This document shows positions 31,601 through 38,343 of a DNA stretch of 64,000 nucleotides, one piece after another; position 1 is the first letter of the stretch, and every line of letters starts with the position of its first letter. The translations under genes and the position numbers were made by a program. Origin of the DNA: Actinomycetes bacterium (GTDB lineage: Bacteria; Actinomycetota; JAICYB01). Location of the stretch: the NCBI GenBank assembly GCA_025934435.1, contig JAICYB010000004.1:12688-76687 (forward strand). The letters run 5' to 3'. The notes beneath the pieces were generated by a model. The model was not told the DNA's origin. It saw only the letters and a list, made by a program, of their open reading frames with translations, and did not search any database.

Positions 31601-32348
31601 CGACTCACCGTCACTCGAGATGGACGGCGCGGGCAGCATTATCGACCGCACGGTGTCGCTCGCCGGTGGCGTGGTCGTCACGCGCACCGTCGCCACGGCA
31701 ACCTCCACCGACACCTGGAGCTACCCGAACGTGCATGGAGACGTGGCTGCGACGGCGAACGGCAGCGGCGCCAAGGTTGGGTCGACACTCACCTACGATC
31801 CGTATGGTCAGCCGCTCGCGGGAAACGCGTCCGATACGTCGAGCAACTTCTCGTTCGGCTGGGAAGGATCGAAAGAGAAGCTGACGGAGCATCAAGACGA
31901 CATCGCGACCATCGAGATGGGAGCGCGTCAGTATGTCTCGGGTCTCGGGAGATTCCTCAGCGTTGATCCGGTTGAAGGTGGGTGTGCGAACGCGTACGTC
32001 TTTGCGTTCGGTGATCCTGTCAGCTATCCCGATCTCAATGGCTTGCGGTCAAAGCCGTGTAGCTCTAAGCACCACCACGGCTTGGGTTTCTATATAGGCG
32101 TTGCAGTTGTCGGCGGTTTTGTAGCAGGCGCGGCGGCAGCGGGCAGTGTCGCCGCCGGCGGTGCGGCAATTGCTACCGTTGCTAGCGCGGTTCTTGCGGG
32201 AAACGCTCCGCTCATCCCCGACGCGGTCTCCGACGTCGCCCGAGCAGTAGTCACTGCCGCGACCTTCCTCGGGGGCGCAGCGGGCGCGGTCGGAACGCAC
32301 AACGAGATTTGTAATGGTCAACGTCATGTGGAGGCGCCGCAGCCGTGA
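22617..32348 (+). CDS. secreted RHS/YD-repeat polymorphic toxin (WapA/teneurin-like), 3243 aa
   Basis: GGAGG RBS 7 nt upstream of the ATG. N-terminal signal-peptide-like segment (RKRERVRLSAAALITLCALLATSVQPANA). Two PA14-like domains (GLQGDYYNDTNGNG...; ASWYP...VLVDGHLVVD). Three LamG/ConA-like repeats (WRL..[AS]G....D..G...G.Y...Q.FSVEAW[IV]KT...WHH...TYDG). Numerous YD repeats (YDSLGR.., YDAAGR.., FGYDGAGRLT..). RHS terminal repeat (WSYPNVHGDVAATANGSGAKVGSTLTYDPYGQPL) and core (GARQYVSGLGRFLSVDPVEGG.NAYVFAFGDPVSYPDLNGL) followed by a short variable tip. Confidence 0.9.
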   Translation: MRPFFQRRLFRRVSFRSRSAASKRSSRKRERVRLSAAALITLCALLATSVQPANASVSRPKAQKPLKKVEILHSRHPRAIRPRVSGVAPVTFHSGDRKRQKHRAVRELRSDRTALLRAFANDDGTITIQNYLTPIFHKTHRGWVPIHNDIVRRGHLLETTGNAWRTAFDATKSGMKLSAPEGTVRIVPVGPRGNARPDVISSPNRLRFRSARGTLAHTAIPPAGLVGYRGVWRDVDLRYEVSGNGLKENIQVRSSKAPAAYAFDVLGAILKADKRGGLALAGPLGRRFYIPALMVRGADGSLLTSPSRARYGLTALPHGKGTRVTVTLDQWWLRSLPNKAFPLDVDPTFGDCRGTVGECPDTNAITLGSNGFSSSNTTVDVGRDSSGNIFRAAMYFQDYETWLKQDYRVYDSQLALNVSPGVGTLTVADQGSNDPTSPTWTYTQLSNAGVPIVGTWDSTIPGSSTVFDATNTVDQWYAGNLTKRWFGITGTETGSSNTEDSMNGFLTLDVYFQPAASRVTNLTANQILSTTTPSLQAFAIQPAPNTEFANGGYEPIYDYEITTSPVPGKSIVASSGDLGCSNSDPGVWSCSQDTDGGGPIPTWNVPPGALQDGVTYYAWVLTDWSNRPYALFHDGAPETTPPASWGVPFKVDLGLGNGGNFPTDAVGAVPGSAQTPSEGAPNPALPPSKVTVNLVDGNAAIAVDNPKLETVSGGAQLRFTYNSLATAQEGVRGLQGDYYNDTNGNGTLDPGTDALVAERTDPSVWFNTGFPVQGIVDAQSPAKALAEWTGFLTLPNSDSWEIGDISSDGVTATVNGVSRLSDFGPHAAQPKPTFGTSFAATPQMPIKIDWHHSSGRPSVIAMYAKDMATCDANGNNCKVYALDPSWLTRAPKTLPAGWAFNSTAATAQWTRLVDHGDLVTLYADDGTGHVFTRASGGRYVAPPETPQDLLTNVGNGQFNLVSGGYTYTFGPTGDAISIVTTSDDLHPAAPQHSFTGTPPLLHTITDPVRCAGAVPCPSSSQVSLNYGGDAGAPAECNGAPSGMLCYISYFDASATIITYDSFGNLSRIIEPGNVVYDFAYDSLGRVTDVRDPLAYNAIQAGVRVDDATAKTHITYDSSSATGRVQTITQPAPAAGGARPERLYCYGSAKAYSAGAPSCNTAQANTTSVGVYGFNPTVGYAYQEQYDSRNRKVASFDSAGLKTSYTWDDKDRQVTTVDPAGLETSTIYDALGHAVTNYGPAAKALFNADGTLITPGSAPTTQKTYDGGITGLAASWYPTTDLSGSAAYHTTSNLADTWSGACNSPSACNGGGTVIPASGFSGDLSGKVTLPSPGRISFDGDGGRVLVDGHLVVDQKDGPLSAAVRADHPLDFWRLADATGSTLAADSSGALAGTYSPSGTTRGVGGPASGDNATAATFDGTAGNITIPDDPTLRFDRLQPFSVEAWIKTSSATTQVIASKLPNAGSGWELDVSSGKLLFLLTNSYPSNTIQRSGSVTLTDGNWHHVAVTYDGSSTAAGVTFYEDGVADPAPVTNVDTLTSDPRGTSGLNIGSRPADGFFFNGTIADVAVYNQQVSAARIAAHKAAAALLSSAAASPIIYNSPYPTAVDANSPTSFWRLGEASGTTATDSNGSSNGMYTGSVTLNQPGPIPGDPSTSAIFGGGTGTVSVPDSPALRVNQSQPFSVEAWVKTTTSSQMAIASKMPGTGSLQGWEFGLASGKPYLTVINTVATNWIDVAASTSVVDGRWHHLVGTYDGSSRASGVHLYIDGHIDGGPGLIFGDSLSASSASSVPLYIGSRAANSLWFFGNLANVAMYPNALGADDVARHAVAGQGPVPLTVQQDGAASYWRLGESLPQVKALDMTGANNATYSPLGCGQTTGGLNGDANGATTFDGTNCNVSVGEMPSLRVGRTQAASIEAWVKTTAAVTQVIAAKMANTSPFTGWDFVMNPSGQLYFQLISSWTASAIEVDGTKVLKDGAWHHVAATYDGSGVAAGVKLYADGVADTVTISHDTLGTTNPTNSSNPFTIGSRATGLNFNGSMSDVAFYDRALSSDQVANHRNAGITAPPAPVTDHRIDVQDQQFVAGGHLTVTSAAATFGPNYGLLTQTTDPDGKITQTQYADAVNGIDPKFGLPTATIQDPSTLNLKTSTAYEPPGATSFLRRVSKTLPAGNQTTYANYAGNDPPIANVCGVTASTLQAGLPKQETDPVPAVGSARVEQYVYDSLGREAGHRIGTTATISSVGWDCTTYDAAGRMVTQSWPAFGSQPSRTATYTYGVGSPTPNPLVNSVTDTTWPAQSISTTVDLLGRTVSYSDIWGQTTTTTFDQAGRVTDTAGPVGARHTDYDGAGRVSDQMLGAQKVAVPGYDAPTGRMTSVSYPTGTGNGGNGSNLAIGYDANGRQNSLSATGPGSALITSDSDVFSAGARVSSETIDGNSGSPSSFGYDGAGRLTTATVPGHTLTYNYAATGGCGPEAAAGNNTNRTSVVDGATTTTYCYDNADRLTSTSDARYTTPTYDDHGNTSSIGDETITYDAADRHLATTTTGGALPTTVNYLRDPLDRIAERDATVIPPLGRRTPGTIATTSTTVTSIAVPKPAGTVSGDFLLADISERGTPTITPPSGWTLLNSTASGTTVTDAVYYKVAGSSEPASYTFSFSTATSATGAIMGYVGVDTTNPIDTSGVVTDTNVTSHTAPAVTTTSPDDMLLVILASDGNSTVTKDAQTTQQWFLKSAAASNNVESDGADQVVTKTGSTGTRSVTTATAQSSVVRSIALKSRPVAPIAFRDVATATTGASILTPLVVPRPAKALPGDLLVADVSLVGAPTITTPPGWTALPPQVIAGLLTDEIFYKVATSSEPTSYSFAFSAATSATGAITAYSGVDPLNPIDVSAVATDGSTTTTHTAPSVTTTSPADTALFILDAAGNSAVTPDAQTTQRWNLATTAATNVQSNGADQLIAAAGATGTRTIKTATAARGIMRSIALRPQAVSRTRYGYEGHDDSPSLEMDGAGSIIDRTVSLAGGVVVTRTVATATSTDTWSYPNVHGDVAATANGSGAKVGSTLTYDPYGQPLAGNASDTSSNFSFGWEGSKEKLTEHQDDIATIEMGARQYVSGLGRFLSVDPVEGGCANAYVFAFGDPVSYPDLNGLRSKPCSSKHHHGLGFYIGVAVVGGFVAGAAAAGSVAAGGAAIATVASAVLAGNAPLIPDAVSDVARAVVTAATFLGGAAGAVGTHNEICNGQRHVEAPQP

Positions 32349-32737
32349 GCTGGTACTTGCGCAACAGAGTAGCAATCCATCTCGGCACCGTCCTTGTCGC
32401 AGGTTTGAATCTGCTCTTGGCGCTCCATCTCCGCATTTACGGAGGCATCCTTGCTCTGGATGTCGCCTTTGTCGTGTTCGGATTGATAGCCGGACCGATC
32501 CTTGGGCGAGTTCTCGTCCGGACGGAGAATCGACCTTCCCGACCCCGAACGCGACGGGCGTCCCTCGTGAGGTGGGTCATATTCGGCGTAGTTGCCGGAG
32601 GAACGATCGCTATCAGCATTGCGATCATTGTTTCCAACGTAGGTTGGCTACCTTTCGCCCTGATCTTCGGTCCTTTCGCAACTGCGATGACCTTCTTCCT
32701 CCTTAAACGCTGGCACGCTCGCTCGTCGAGGTCATGA
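32345..32737 (+). CDS. putative immunity protein (polytopic membrane protein) for the RHS C-terminal toxin
   Basis: GTG start overlapping the RHS stop (GTGA); 130 aa with 4 hydrophobic helices; position and coupling typical of cognate immunity genes. Confidence 0.5.
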   Translation: MSWYLRNRVAIHLGTVLVAGLNLLLALHLRIYGGILALDVAFVVFGLIAGPILGRVLVRTENRPSRPRTRRASLVRWVIFGVVAGGTIAISIAIIVSNVGWLPFALIFGPFATAMTFFLLKRWHARSSRS

Positions 32738-33167
32738 CTGGCGACATGGACCATGATCCATGACTGTCCGTACCTCCGTGAGAACGCATGACACCCAGCC
32801 GGCGAAATGTAACGTGGTGCTCAAGCAGCTTGACGTCGCGTCGGCTGCTGATGCCGACGCCTGATGTGATGTCACGATTCACCGTTTAGAAAGAGTGTTC
32901 GTTGCGGATTTCTCGCTAGCAACGCCGTCAGCATCCGGTGCGGCTCCCCGCGAACGGAGCCGGCGGCATCCATGGAGCGAAGTCGGCGCTCAGGTCGTAA
33001 TCGACGCACTCGACTGCGTGCCGTGCGGCGCGCCACCGCGCCGACCGCCGCTGCAGGAGTGCGGAGCGCGCGGGCCGGATGTGACGGGCTCACCCTCTCG
33101 GACCCGGCTGCTCCGGACCGATGAAATCGCCGGTCACGAACGTCGTCGCTCAACAGATCGACGCCGT

Positions 33168-34199
33168 CTATGCCGTGAGTTCCGCCATCATCTCGAAGGT
33201 CTCACGGCGGCCCCCGCCGAGCAGCAGCACCGTGCACGGCGATTCCTTCCACGCCTCGAGCCGGTCCTTGATGCGCGCTTTCGGTCCGACGAGCGACACT
33301 GCGTCCGCGAGTTCGTCCGGAACGGCGGCGATCGCTTCGGCCTTCTTGCCGTCGAGGTAGAGATCCTGGATCTGCTTCGCCGCCGCCTCGAAACCGTAGC
33401 GGCACGCGAGGTCGTTGTAGAAGTTGCGTCCGCGCGCGCCCATGCCCCCGATGTAGAGCGCGAGTCCGGGCTTCACGAAACCGAGCGCTTGCTGGATGTC
33501 GTCCGTTTCGATCACGGCCGCGCTCGCGTAGACGTCGAACTCCGACGACGGACGAAGATCGCTTGCGCGTCGCTTGAATCCTTGCGCGAGCGGCTCGTTG
33601 AACACTTCGGACTTGTACGGGTTGAAGAACGCCGGGATGAAACCGTCGGCGATCTCACCGGACAGCGCGATGTTCTTGGGACCGATCGCCGCGATGACGA
33701 TCGGGATGTCCGCGCGCGGATGCAGGATCGACTTCAGCGGTTTGCCGAGGCCCGTTGCGTTCGGTCCCGCGTACGGGATCTGGTAGTGCTCGCCTTCGAA
33801 CTCGAGCGGCTTCTCCCGCTTCCAGATCGCGCGGAGGATCTCGACGTACTCGCGCGTCTTCACGAGCGGCTTCCCGTACGGCATCCCGTGCCAGCCTTCG
33901 ACGACTTGGGGGCCGGAGAGTCCGATCCCGCAGATGAATCGTCCGCCGGAGAGCGCGTCGAGCGTCGCCGCGGTCATCGCGGTCATCGCCGGTGTGCGCG
34001 CGGGCATCTGCATGATCCCCGTCGCGAGCTTCACGTTCGTCGTGTGCGCGCCCATCCAGACGAGCGGCGAGATCGCGTCGGAACCGTAGGCCTCCGCCGT
34101 CCAGATCGAATGGAACCCCAGCTCATCGGCGAGTTTCGCGGCGTTGACGCTGTCGGACACACCCGCGCCCGAATAGCCGATCTGCATCCCGAGCTTCAT
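33168..34199 (-). CDS. LLM-class F420-dependent (luciferase-like) oxidoreductase
   Basis: Start MKLGMQIGY with a GGAGG RBS; luciferase-like TIM-barrel pattern. The track ORF extends 39 codons upstream. The antisense track ORF 32895..34325 is rejected. Confidence 0.8.
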   Translation of the reverse strand: MKLGMQIGYSGAGVSDSVNAAKLADELGFHSIWTAEAYGSDAISPLVWMGAHTTNVKLATGIMQMPARTPAMTAMTAATLDALSGGRFICGIGLSGPQVVEGWHGMPYGKPLVKTREYVEILRAIWKREKPLEFEGEHYQIPYAGPNATGLGKPLKSILHPRADIPIVIAAIGPKNIALSGEIADGFIPAFFNPYKSEVFNEPLAQGFKRRASDLRPSSEFDVYASAAVIETDDIQQALGFVKPGLALYIGGMGARGRNFYNDLACRYGFEAAAKQIQDLYLDGKKAEAIAAVPDELADAVSLVGPKARIKDRLEAWKESPCTVLLLGGGRRETFEMMAELTA

Positions 34200-34291
34200 T
34201 TGCGCCTCCGCTTCGCTGCGGCGTGGTCTTGTCCGGCCCAGTCTGCCAAGTTCCGTGACATCGCCGCGCTGCTGGTCGAACCTGGGTCCGG

Positions 34292-35218
34292 ATGGCGTTC
34301 CGCCGAGTCTTCCCAATCCTCGTGATCGCCGCCGGGGTCCTCATACCGGCCAGATCGGCCTCCGCCGGTGACGTCGAATCACAGGTGTTCGCGATGATCA
34401 ACGCCGGACGAGGCACCGGACTCGTCCTCCACCACGGGCTCCTCGGCGACGCCGAGTCCCACTCGCAGTACATGGCGTCGACGGGCAACCTCAACCACGA
34501 CGACGCGCAGGAACGCGTCGACAACGCCGCCCCCGACCCGGCCGAAGCGAACGGCGCCCCGGACGACGGCTTCAACCTCTACGGCTGGTGCGAGAACGCG
34601 ACTTACGTCACGCCGGCGCAAGGCGACCCCGCGACGGCGATCTACAACAACTGGAAGAACTCGCCCCCGCACAACGCGTGCATGAACAACACGGGCAAGA
34701 ACGTCGGCGCGGTCGGCATCTACTGGGACGGCAGCACGTACTGGGCAACCTTCGTCGCCGAGTCGGACACGACACCGCCGGGCGGCGCGAGCACCGGACC
34801 GCGAACGCAGGACGTCACGAACCCGAGCAACCCGACGAAGGTGCAACCGCAGCTCCCGAGCGGCGTGTCGACGCCGACGAGAACGGCGCCCCCGGCGACG
34901 TCGTCGACATCGCACTACTACCCGTCGGCTCCCGCGTATCAGGCGCCCGTGACGACGGCGGCTCCCAGCGCGACGCCCGCGCCGAAACCTGCGGTTGTCG
35001 CAGTACCGAGGACGGACCTCCTCTCACCTTCGACCGTCGATAACGCACAGCCCGCGCGCGCTCAGGGATTCGGCATGCCGGAGCTCGCGGCGGCGATCGC
35101 GTGTCTCGTCCTCGGATGCCTGTTGCTCGAGCGACGGATGTACGTGCCGACCGAGTTCGCCGTGCAGGACGAACCACTGCCGAGCAAAGAGCTCGCGCTG
35201 TCGACTACTTCAAGCTGA
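34292..35218 (+). CDS. secreted CAP/SCP/PR-1-like domain protein with Pro/Thr-rich linker and C-terminal hydrophobic anchor
   Basis: Signal peptide (PILVIAAGVLIPARSASA); CAP-domain motifs (HHGLLGDAESHSQYMA...GHY.QVVW-like YWATFV); PT-rich low-complexity segment; C-terminal TM. Confidence 0.65.
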   Translation: MAFRRVFPILVIAAGVLIPARSASAGDVESQVFAMINAGRGTGLVLHHGLLGDAESHSQYMASTGNLNHDDAQERVDNAAPDPAEANGAPDDGFNLYGWCENATYVTPAQGDPATAIYNNWKNSPPHNACMNNTGKNVGAVGIYWDGSTYWATFVAESDTTPPGGASTGPRTQDVTNPSNPTKVQPQLPSGVSTPTRTAPPATSSTSHYYPSAPAYQAPVTTAAPSATPAPKPAVVAVPRTDLLSPSTVDNAQPARAQGFGMPELAAAIACLVLGCLLLERRMYVPTEFAVQDEPLPSKELALSTTSS

Positions 35219-35618
35219 ACGTTCCGGTCATCCCGGACGCGCGGTGGTACTTGCAGTAGAACGGCACGGACGCCGCGCTCCCGAGCGGCACCGTCACCTT
35301 CGCGGTGTGTCCCGGATCGACATCGGTGTCGATGTGCGCGGACACGATCGTCAGGTTGTGCTTCACGGTTCCGACGTTGCGCACGGTGATGGTCGCCGTC
35401 GATCCTTTCACTGCTTCGATCTTCGCGGGAGTGAAGTAGTAGCCCGCGGTATCGTTCCCGGCATCGAGCGTGAAGCTGAACGCGGCCGCGTGGAAGCTCG
35501 CGACACCCGGGACCGGCGTGGCGGGGGACGACGGCGGTCCTTCGAGCGCCGGCGACTCACCCGACGAGCAGGCCGCGACGACGACGAGGAGCGCGGCCGC
35601 GACGAAGAGCTTGCGCAT
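35205..35618 (-). CDS. cupredoxin-like lipoprotein (blue-copper fold)
   Basis: Lipobox VVAACSS. C-terminal copper-ligand motif YCKYHRASGMTGT (Cys, His, Met) with an upstream His. Confidence 0.7.
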   Translation of the reverse strand: MRKLFVAAALLVVVAACSSGESPALEGPPSSPATPVPGVASFHAAAFSFTLDAGNDTAGYYFTPAKIEAVKGSTATITVRNVGTVKHNLTIVSAHIDTDVDPGHTAKVTVPLGSAASVPFYCKYHRASGMTGTFSLK

Positions 35619-35677
35619 CGCTACAAGCCTGCCCGATTTCTCGCTCGGCGCGGCAACTCATTAGGCTCGCGAGCAAG

Positions 35678-37066
35678 GTGACGGAACGCATCTTCGAACG
35701 GGACGCCTACGAGATCGCCGACCTCGTCCGCGGCGGCGAGCTCGCGGCGAAGGAAGTCCTCGAAGCGTTCGTCGAGCGCATCGAGACCTACAACGAAGAG
35801 CTGAACGCGCTCGTCTATCTCGACATCGATCGCGCCCGAGCGGACGCCGCGGAGATCGACGCGCGCATCGCGAAGGGCGACGACCCCGGCCCCCTCGCCG
35901 GCGCACCCATCGGGATCAAGGACCTCGAAGACGTGGCCGGTATGCCGACGACCTACGGCTCCGTCCCCTACGCCGACAACGTCCCGCAAGCCGACGGCAT
36001 CCAAACGGCTCGCCTCCGCGAGGCGGGCGCGATCATCGTCGGCAAGACCGCCGCGCCGGAGTTCGGCGCGGAAGCGATGACGCGGACGATCCTCCACGGC
36101 ACGACACGCAACCCATGGAACCTCGAGCGAACACCGGGCGGTTCGTCCGGCGGATCGGCCGCGGCCGTCGCCGCCGCGATCCTTCCCATCGCGAGCGGAT
36201 CGGACGGCGGCGGGTACATCCGCATCCCCGCGTCGTACTCGGGACTCGCCGGCATGAAAGGCACGTTCGGACGGATCCCGAAGGGCGGCGTCGATGCGTC
36301 CATGACGACCGCATACGGCTGCATGGCGCGCTCACTTCGCGACACCGCGCGCTACTGGGACTGCGTCGTCGGCCCTCACGAACGCGATGCGCTCTCGCTG
36401 CCGCATCCCGGCTTCTCCTACGAAGCTGTGCTGGACGAAACACCACGTGTGCGCGCGACATGGTCGGACGATCTCGGTTACCAGCAGTGCCGGAACGACA
36501 TCCTCGAGATGACGCGCGCGGCCGCGCAAGCGCTCGACGTCGATCTCGTGGATCGTCCCGTTGCGCTGAAGGACATGTCGGCGGCGTGGGGACTGTTCAA
36601 CATGCCGGGAACGTGGCTCGAAGTGAAGGACTTCTGGCCGGATCGCGAGCACGACTTCACGCCGGTCATCCGCGCCGGCGTGCGGAGCCAGGATCGGTTC
36701 ACCGTCGAGCAGGTCGCGCGAGCGGTCGAACGGCGCCAGGAGAACAACGCGATCCTCGCCGAGGTCTTCCGCGACGTCGACATCATCCTCACGCCGACGA
36801 CGGGTACCACCGCGTTCCGCGCGGAAGGGCCGATGCCGACCGAGATCGACGGACGGCCCATCAAGGCGATGCACTCGATCTATACCTATCCCTTCAACGT
36901 CTCCGGACACCCCGCGTGCAGCGTCCCGTGCGGACTCGACGCCGACGGGCTCCCCGTCGCGTTGCAGATCATCGGACGACGCCACGAAGACCACGTCGTG
37001 ATGCAGCTCGCGCGCGCGTTCGAGCGCGCTCGTCCGTGGCCGAAGATCGCCCCGAATTACCTGTGA
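35678..37066 (+). CDS. amidase (amidase-signature family)
   Basis: GGSSGGSAAAVA signature; catalytic Ser-cisSer-Lys triad context; 462 aa; GTG start. Confidence 0.85.
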   Translation: MTERIFERDAYEIADLVRGGELAAKEVLEAFVERIETYNEELNALVYLDIDRARADAAEIDARIAKGDDPGPLAGAPIGIKDLEDVAGMPTTYGSVPYADNVPQADGIQTARLREAGAIIVGKTAAPEFGAEAMTRTILHGTTRNPWNLERTPGGSSGGSAAAVAAAILPIASGSDGGGYIRIPASYSGLAGMKGTFGRIPKGGVDASMTTAYGCMARSLRDTARYWDCVVGPHERDALSLPHPGFSYEAVLDETPRVRATWSDDLGYQQCRNDILEMTRAAAQALDVDLVDRPVALKDMSAAWGLFNMPGTWLEVKDFWPDREHDFTPVIRAGVRSQDRFTVEQVARAVERRQENNAILAEVFRDVDIILTPTTGTTAFRAEGPMPTEIDGRPIKAMHSIYTYPFNVSGHPACSVPCGLDADGLPVALQIIGRRHEDHVVMQLARAFERARPWPKIAPNYL

Positions 37067-38343
37067 CGATCGAGGTTCCGACCGAACGCATCGCCTTCCC
37101 GGACGGCTTCGCGTGGGGATCGGCCGCGTGCGCGCACCAGACCGAAGGCGGGAACTGGAACAGCGATTGGTGGGAGTGGGAGCACCGTCCGGGAACGCCC
37201 TGCATCGAAGTCTCGGGCGATGCGATCGACCACTACAACCGGTACGACTCCGACTTCGAGCTGCTTGCCTCACTCGGCCACAACGCCCACCGTTTCGGCA
37301 TCGAGTGGGCGCGCATCGAGCCCGAGCCGGGCGAGATCAGCAAGGCGGCGCTCGATCACTACGCGCGCGTGATCGAAAGTCTCCACCGCAACAACCTCAC
37401 GCCGTTCATGACGCTCCACCATTTCTCCTCGCCGCGTTGGTTCGCGGCTGAGGGTGGATGGGCATCCGAGACGGCGGTGGACCGCTTCCGCCGCTTCGCC
37501 GAGGTCGTCGCGAAACGGCTCGAGGTTCCGTTCGTGTGCACGATCAACGAACCACAGATCGTCGCCCAGATCGGCTACCAGGGCACCGGCTTCCCGCCCG
37601 GCGCCGGGGAGAACTACCTGTTCGGTCCCGTGACGCGGAACTTCATCGCGTCGCACGGCGCGGCGGTCGAGGTCTTCAAGGAGCATCAGCCGAGCGCGCA
37701 GATCGGCCTCGTCCTCGCGACCGCCGATTACCAGGCCGCGAACGAAGAATCGGTGAAGCTCCGCGACCGCGTGCATCACCGCATGGTCGGCGTCTATCAC
37801 GACGCGCTGCGTACCGGGGTCTTCACGGGATTCGGCGACGACGAGGAGCTCCGCGGCGTCGGCGGAACGTCCGACTTCGTCGGTGTGAATTACTACACCC
37901 GCACGGTGATCGACGTGAACGAACGCGGGAACGCCCAGATGCCGAAGCCCGGAGCCGAGACGACGCAGATGGGCTACGAGGTCGTCCCCGAGTGCTTCGT
38001 CACCGTGCTGAAGCTCGCGCACGAGAAGACCGGGCTCCCGGTCTACGTCACCGAGAACGGCATCGGGACGGACGACGACCATCAGCGCGTCCGGTTCATC
38101 GCGCGGCATCTCACGGCGGTCCGCCAAGCGATCGACGAGGGCGCCGACGTGCGCGGCTACATGTACTGGTGCCCGATGGACAACTTCGAGTGGACGTTCG
38201 GCTTCTCACGCACGTTCGGACTCATCGCCGTCGACCGCACGACATTCGAGCGCACACCGAAGCCGTCGGCGTCCTATTTCGCGGAGATCTGCCGCGCGAA
38301 CGCGATCGACCCCGTGGTTACGGCCTCGTACCTCGAGTCCTGA
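37063..38343 (+). CDS. GH1-family beta-glucosidase
   Basis: FAWGSAACAHQTEGG N-terminal signature; TINEP acid/base motif; YVTENG nucleophile motif; GTG start overlapping the amidase stop. The track ORF 36115..38343 is an out-of-context extension. Confidence 0.8.
   Translation: MTIEVPTERIAFPDGFAWGSAACAHQTEGGNWNSDWWEWEHRPGTPCIEVSGDAIDHYNRYDSDFELLASLGHNAHRFGIEWARIEPEPGEISKAALDHYARVIESLHRNNLTPFMTLHHFSSPRWFAAEGGWASETAVDRFRRFAEVVAKRLEVPFVCTINEPQIVAQIGYQGTGFPPGAGENYLFGPVTRNFIASHGAAVEVFKEHQPSAQIGLVLATADYQAANEESVKLRDRVHHRMVGVYHDALRTGVFTGFGDDEELRGVGGTSDFVGVNYYTRTVIDVNERGNAQMPKPGAETTQMGYEVVPECFVTVLKLAHEKTGLPVYVTENGIGTDDDHQRVRFIARHLTAVRQAIDEGADVRGYMYWCPMDNFEWTFGFSRTFGLIAVDRTTFERTPKPSASYFAEICRANAIDPVVTASYLES

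Noticed and set aside
32895-34325. 476-aa plus-strand ORF
   Set aside because: Antisense to a well-conserved F420-dependent LLM oxidoreductase (33168..34199). Its composition (R/A/P/G-rich, no motifs) is typical of GC-rich antisense frames.
36115-38343. 742-aa track ORF
   Set aside because: Only the last 426 aa (from GTG 37063) form a GH1 beta-glucosidase. The upstream part is an alternative frame across the amidase gene.
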